This document shows, piece by piece, positions 33,865-36,164 of a stretch of 36,164 nucleotides of DNA. Made by a program: the position numbers and the translations under genes. Below the pieces are notes generated by a model, which saw only the letters and a list, made by a program, of their open reading frames with translations, was not told the DNA's origin and made no database searches. Origin of the DNA: a virus (lineage: Duplodnaviria > Caudoviricetes); IMG/VR virus record IMGVR_UViG_3300033407_000072, positions 1 through 36,164 of that record; one strand, 5' to 3'. Positions within the stretch are counted from its first letter, which is position 1, and each line of letters opens with the position of its first letter.

Positions 33865-34286
33865 CGTGCCGCCCCATGGGACCGACCCGGGTTGATGTGA
33901 TCGGCGTGGTGGGCGGAGAGGAGATGGCGGGCACCGACCCGTTGCGGGTCGGGGAGGAACATGCCGCAAGAGCACAGGAACCCTTGGGTGACGGTCGGCG
34001 GCCACGTCCGGTCCACACTGCGAGGCCGTCGCTTCCGGGCGTACTCGTACGGTCCGGACATGCTGGTGCGGGTGGCGTGAACAAGCCCGGCGGCTTTCAA
34101 GTCGATGAGAGCCCTACGGACCGAGTCGGGTTTCCGGCTGAGACGGGCTGCCAACTGCATCGCAGTCCACCATCGCTGGTCGGCGGCCTCCTCCAACAGG
34201 TCGAGGACACGGGCCGCGATCGACCCGTCGTGAACTCTCGGACCGCCACACCAGCGGCAGCGATGCTTGTAAGCGGGGCGGGTCAT
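33861..34286 (-). CDS. Winged-HTH protein with Zn ligands
   Basis: RVLDLL...TAMQLAARLSRKPDSVRRALIDLKAAGLV; CRWC and CSCG...HH. Confidence 0.75.
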   Translation of the reverse strand: MTRPAYKHRCRWCGGPRVHDGSIAARVLDLLEEAADQRWWTAMQLAARLSRKPDSVRRALIDLKAAGLVHATRTSMSGPYEYARKRRPRSVDRTWPPTVTQGFLCSCGMFLPDPQRVGARHLLSAHHADHINPGRSHGAAR

Positions 34287-34681
34287 CCGGACACCCGCTG
34301 TTCGGCGGCCGTCCGGTACTGGTCGGCACGGCCCATCCACACATGCCGGCACGCCTGGTTGGCGCATGTCAATTCGACGTAGCCGTTGCCGACGTCGTCG
34401 ATTCCGAACGTCCGATGCAGACAATGCGCCGGATCAGCTGACAGTTCCCGCATCACTGTCTTCGTGGCGGCGAGCAGCCGGGAAGGCGACGGCGCCCGAT
34501 CATGACCGGCTTCGAACCAGCGGGCCGCCGCCAGTTCGAGGGCGGTGACAGTCGTCGAATGCTGAAAGTCCGCATAGAGGACCTCCGGGTCCTGGGCCCA
34601 GGTGCGGGAGCTCGGCCAGCGGGCCCGGATCCAATCGACAGTCCGTGCGAAGTCGTGGCCGGTGAGACGAGGACGGGTCAT
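34283..34681 (-). CDS. Putative helicase loader/inhibitor (G39P-like)
   Basis: Directly downstream of the initiator; I.A.WP...W...A..RW......PSP..L pattern. Confidence 0.55.
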   Translation of the reverse strand: MTRPRLTGHDFARTVDWIRARWPSSRTWAQDPEVLYADFQHSTTVTALELAAARWFEAGHDRAPSPSRLLAATKTVMRELSADPAHCLHRTFGIDDVGNGYVELTCANQACRHVWMGRADQYRTAAEQRVSG

Positions 34682-35700
34682 GCCGACGCCACCTCCGACG
34701 AACATGCCGGACAAGGGATCGGATGGTCCACTCCGACGTCGTGGGCCAGGTCCTCGTCGGTGAACGGGACGAGGCGGCCGTCGAGGAGGACCGCCAGTTG
34801 GCGGCGGCCGCCGCACCGGTCACAGCCTCGGCGGCTGTTCGCCTTGACAGCGGTCATCCACCAGCCCTGCGGATGGTTGATGCCCTGCCGGTCCGCCAGC
34901 TCGAGGAAGTCGACGTCGACGTCCACCCCGTCACGGCGCAACGCCGAATACGCTTCGATGACGGCTGGGACCAGCGAACGGCGTGCCCCCTCGAATGGGA
35001 TGTTCTTCAGTTCCGCCCACCGCCGCGCCAGCGTCACCGTGACCAGCTCCGGCGGGTCACCTGTCACGGCGTTCGCACGCGCCTTGGTGGTTGTTGATGG
35101 TTCTTGATGGTTCTTCCTTATAGGGACCGGCAACGGGTTGCCGGTTTGGGCGCGCTGGGTTGCCGGTTTGGGCGCGCTGGGTTGCCGGTTTGCATTCCCG
35201 TCCAATCCGGCAACGGATTGCCGCTCTGCGTGGCCGTCTGAGGGCTGTTCGGCACTCTCCGTGGATGTGATGACGGTACCGTCATCAGCAGATTCCTGAC
35301 CGGCAACCGGTTGCTGGTTAGCCGGGAGGTACCATCCGGCAGGCCGAGACCATCCGTCGTCCAGGTTCTTCACCGAGCGGCCGGCCCGCGTCGCCTCTGT
35401 CCCCCAATCGACGACCTGTGGTTCATCGGTCGGGACGTGCAGCTGGTATTGCATGGTCCGACCCTCCCGGGTCGGATGCGAACGCCGGCCGAGCCGTTCG
35501 ACGATCCCCATCGCCTCGAGCACATCGATGTTGTGACGGACGGTGCGTGGCGCCTGCTCCACCTTCTCGCCGAGGAGCTCCTCACCGGGCCAGCAGTAGC
35601 CCTCGTCGTTCGCATGATCCGCCAGCCTCAACAGGACCATTTTCAGATGGCCGGGAAGACCATGCATGTCCCACACCGCCGACATGAGACGGATACTCAC
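34678..35700 (-). CDS. Replication initiator (N-terminal HTH, lambda O-like organisation)
   Basis: MSIRLMSAVW...KMVLLRLADHANDEGYCWPG...RTVR...LE..GIV; iteron-bearing central linker. Confidence 0.88.
   Translation of the reverse strand: MSIRLMSAVWDMHGLPGHLKMVLLRLADHANDEGYCWPGEELLGEKVEQAPRTVRHNIDVLEAMGIVERLGRRSHPTREGRTMQYQLHVPTDEPQVVDWGTEATRAGRSVKNLDDGWSRPAGWYLPANQQPVAGQESADDGTVITSTESAEQPSDGHAERQSVAGLDGNANRQPSAPKPATQRAQTGNPLPVPIRKNHQEPSTTTKARANAVTGDPPELVTVTLARRWAELKNIPFEGARRSLVPAVIEAYSALRRDGVDVDVDFLELADRQGINHPQGWWMTAVKANSRRGCDRCGGRRQLAVLLDGRLVPFTDEDLAHDVGVDHPIPCPACSSEVASA
35088..35320. repeat. Candidate replication origin: iterons and AT-richer flank inside the initiator gene
   Basis: 22-bp repeat GGGTTGCCGGTTTGGGCGCGCT at 35135 and 35157 with a partial copy at 35179; dyads CCGGCAAC-NN-(G/A)TTGC at 35127, 35207, 35300; adjacent TGGTT(G/C)TTGA repeats. 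Confidence 0.75.
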
Positions 35701-35996
35701 TGGTCACCTCGCGTGTCGAGGACCGACCGGGCTGCATCGAGGTCGGAGATCAGAACACCCGGCACCCCCGGCCAGCCGGGGAGGCTGTCGAACCGTTCGA
35801 TGTGGAACCGGTCCGGGTCGGCGAGGATGTAGTCGGTGCCGGCGTCCCGGAGCACCTCAAGCGCGTAGGACAGGCCACAGCCGCGGCAGCGGACCGACCG
35901 TCCGGTGGTGAGTACCGCGACGAGCGGCTCGAGGCAGTACAGGCACCGTTGCGGCTCGCCGTGGAAATGAAAGACGTCGTCGATGGTGCAGCTCAT
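35697..35996 (-). CDS. Zn-ribbon hypothetical protein
   Basis: CLYC...CRGCG; GTGA overlap with initiator. Confidence 0.7.
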   Translation of the reverse strand: MSCTIDDVFHFHGEPQRCLYCLEPLVAVLTTGRSVRCRGCGLSYALEVLRDAGTDYILADPDRFHIERFDSLPGWPGVPGVLISDLDAARSVLDTRGDQ

Positions 35997-36027
35997 CGCG
36001 CGACATCCCGGAGCACGTCACGGCGGC

Positions 36028-36164
36028 TCACGGGTCGATCAGCTGCTCAAGCAAGTCAATGGCGCTCGCGCGTAGTCCCGCAACGGTGGGCGCTAGCGCG
36101 GCCCGAGCGGCGTCCCGAGCGGCGTCCCGAGCGGCGTCCCGAGCGGCGGCCCGAGCGGCGGCCC
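36028..36164 (-). CDS. C-terminal part of the junction-spanning repeat protein (...AAARAAARDAARDAARDAARAALAPTVAGLRASAIDLLEQLIDP*)
   Basis: In frame with 1..472 if the ends are joined; TGA at 36028-36030. Confidence 0.8.
   Translation of the reverse strand, partial: AAARAAARDAARDAARDAARAALAPTVAGLRASAIDLLEQLIDP
36102..36164. repeat. 12-bp tandem repeat CCCGAGCGGCG(T/G), about 5 copies
   Basis: Directly visible up to the last base. Confidence 0.9.

Larger units (their letters stand above)
1..36164. mobile_element. Temperate siphovirus genome, apparently complete and circularly permuted
   Basis: All head, tail, lysis, integration and replication modules present; no host genes; ends join within one gene. 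Confidence 0.88.

Overview
The window looks like an essentially complete ~36 kb temperate siphovirus genome. It is high-GC and the host is most likely an actinobacterium (inference). It is circularly permuted and broken inside a 12-bp tandem repeat of a gene that spans the 36164/1 junction in frame. Nearly all genes lie on the minus strand in the usual order: early/replication genes (Cro-like, DNA methyltransferase, DnaA-C-like HTH, ParB, sulfotransferase-like, replication initiator with iterons, helicase loader, resolvase), then HNH, terminases, portal-MuF fusion, protease, tRNA(CAT), HK97 capsid, neck, tail, tape measure, tail tip and lysis genes. Only the repressor-integrase pair and an FkbM methyltransferase cassette are on the plus strand. 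The most striking feature is at ~5428-5635, in the 5' part of a small DNA methyltransferase with almost no target-recognition region. It is an array of palindromic CGACRYGTCG repeats separated by unique 12-20 nt spacers, each centred on a restriction-type site (CGATCG, GGTCC x2, GGATCC, GCGGCCGC, CTGCAG, TGGCCA, TCACC). This suggests a guided or programmable anti-restriction methylation system, which is a hypothesis. Other notable items are a possible integration-dependent immunity switch with a dif-like site inside the repressor, an atypical initiator-like tRNA, twin hairpins in the capsid leader and a G10-tract frameshift.
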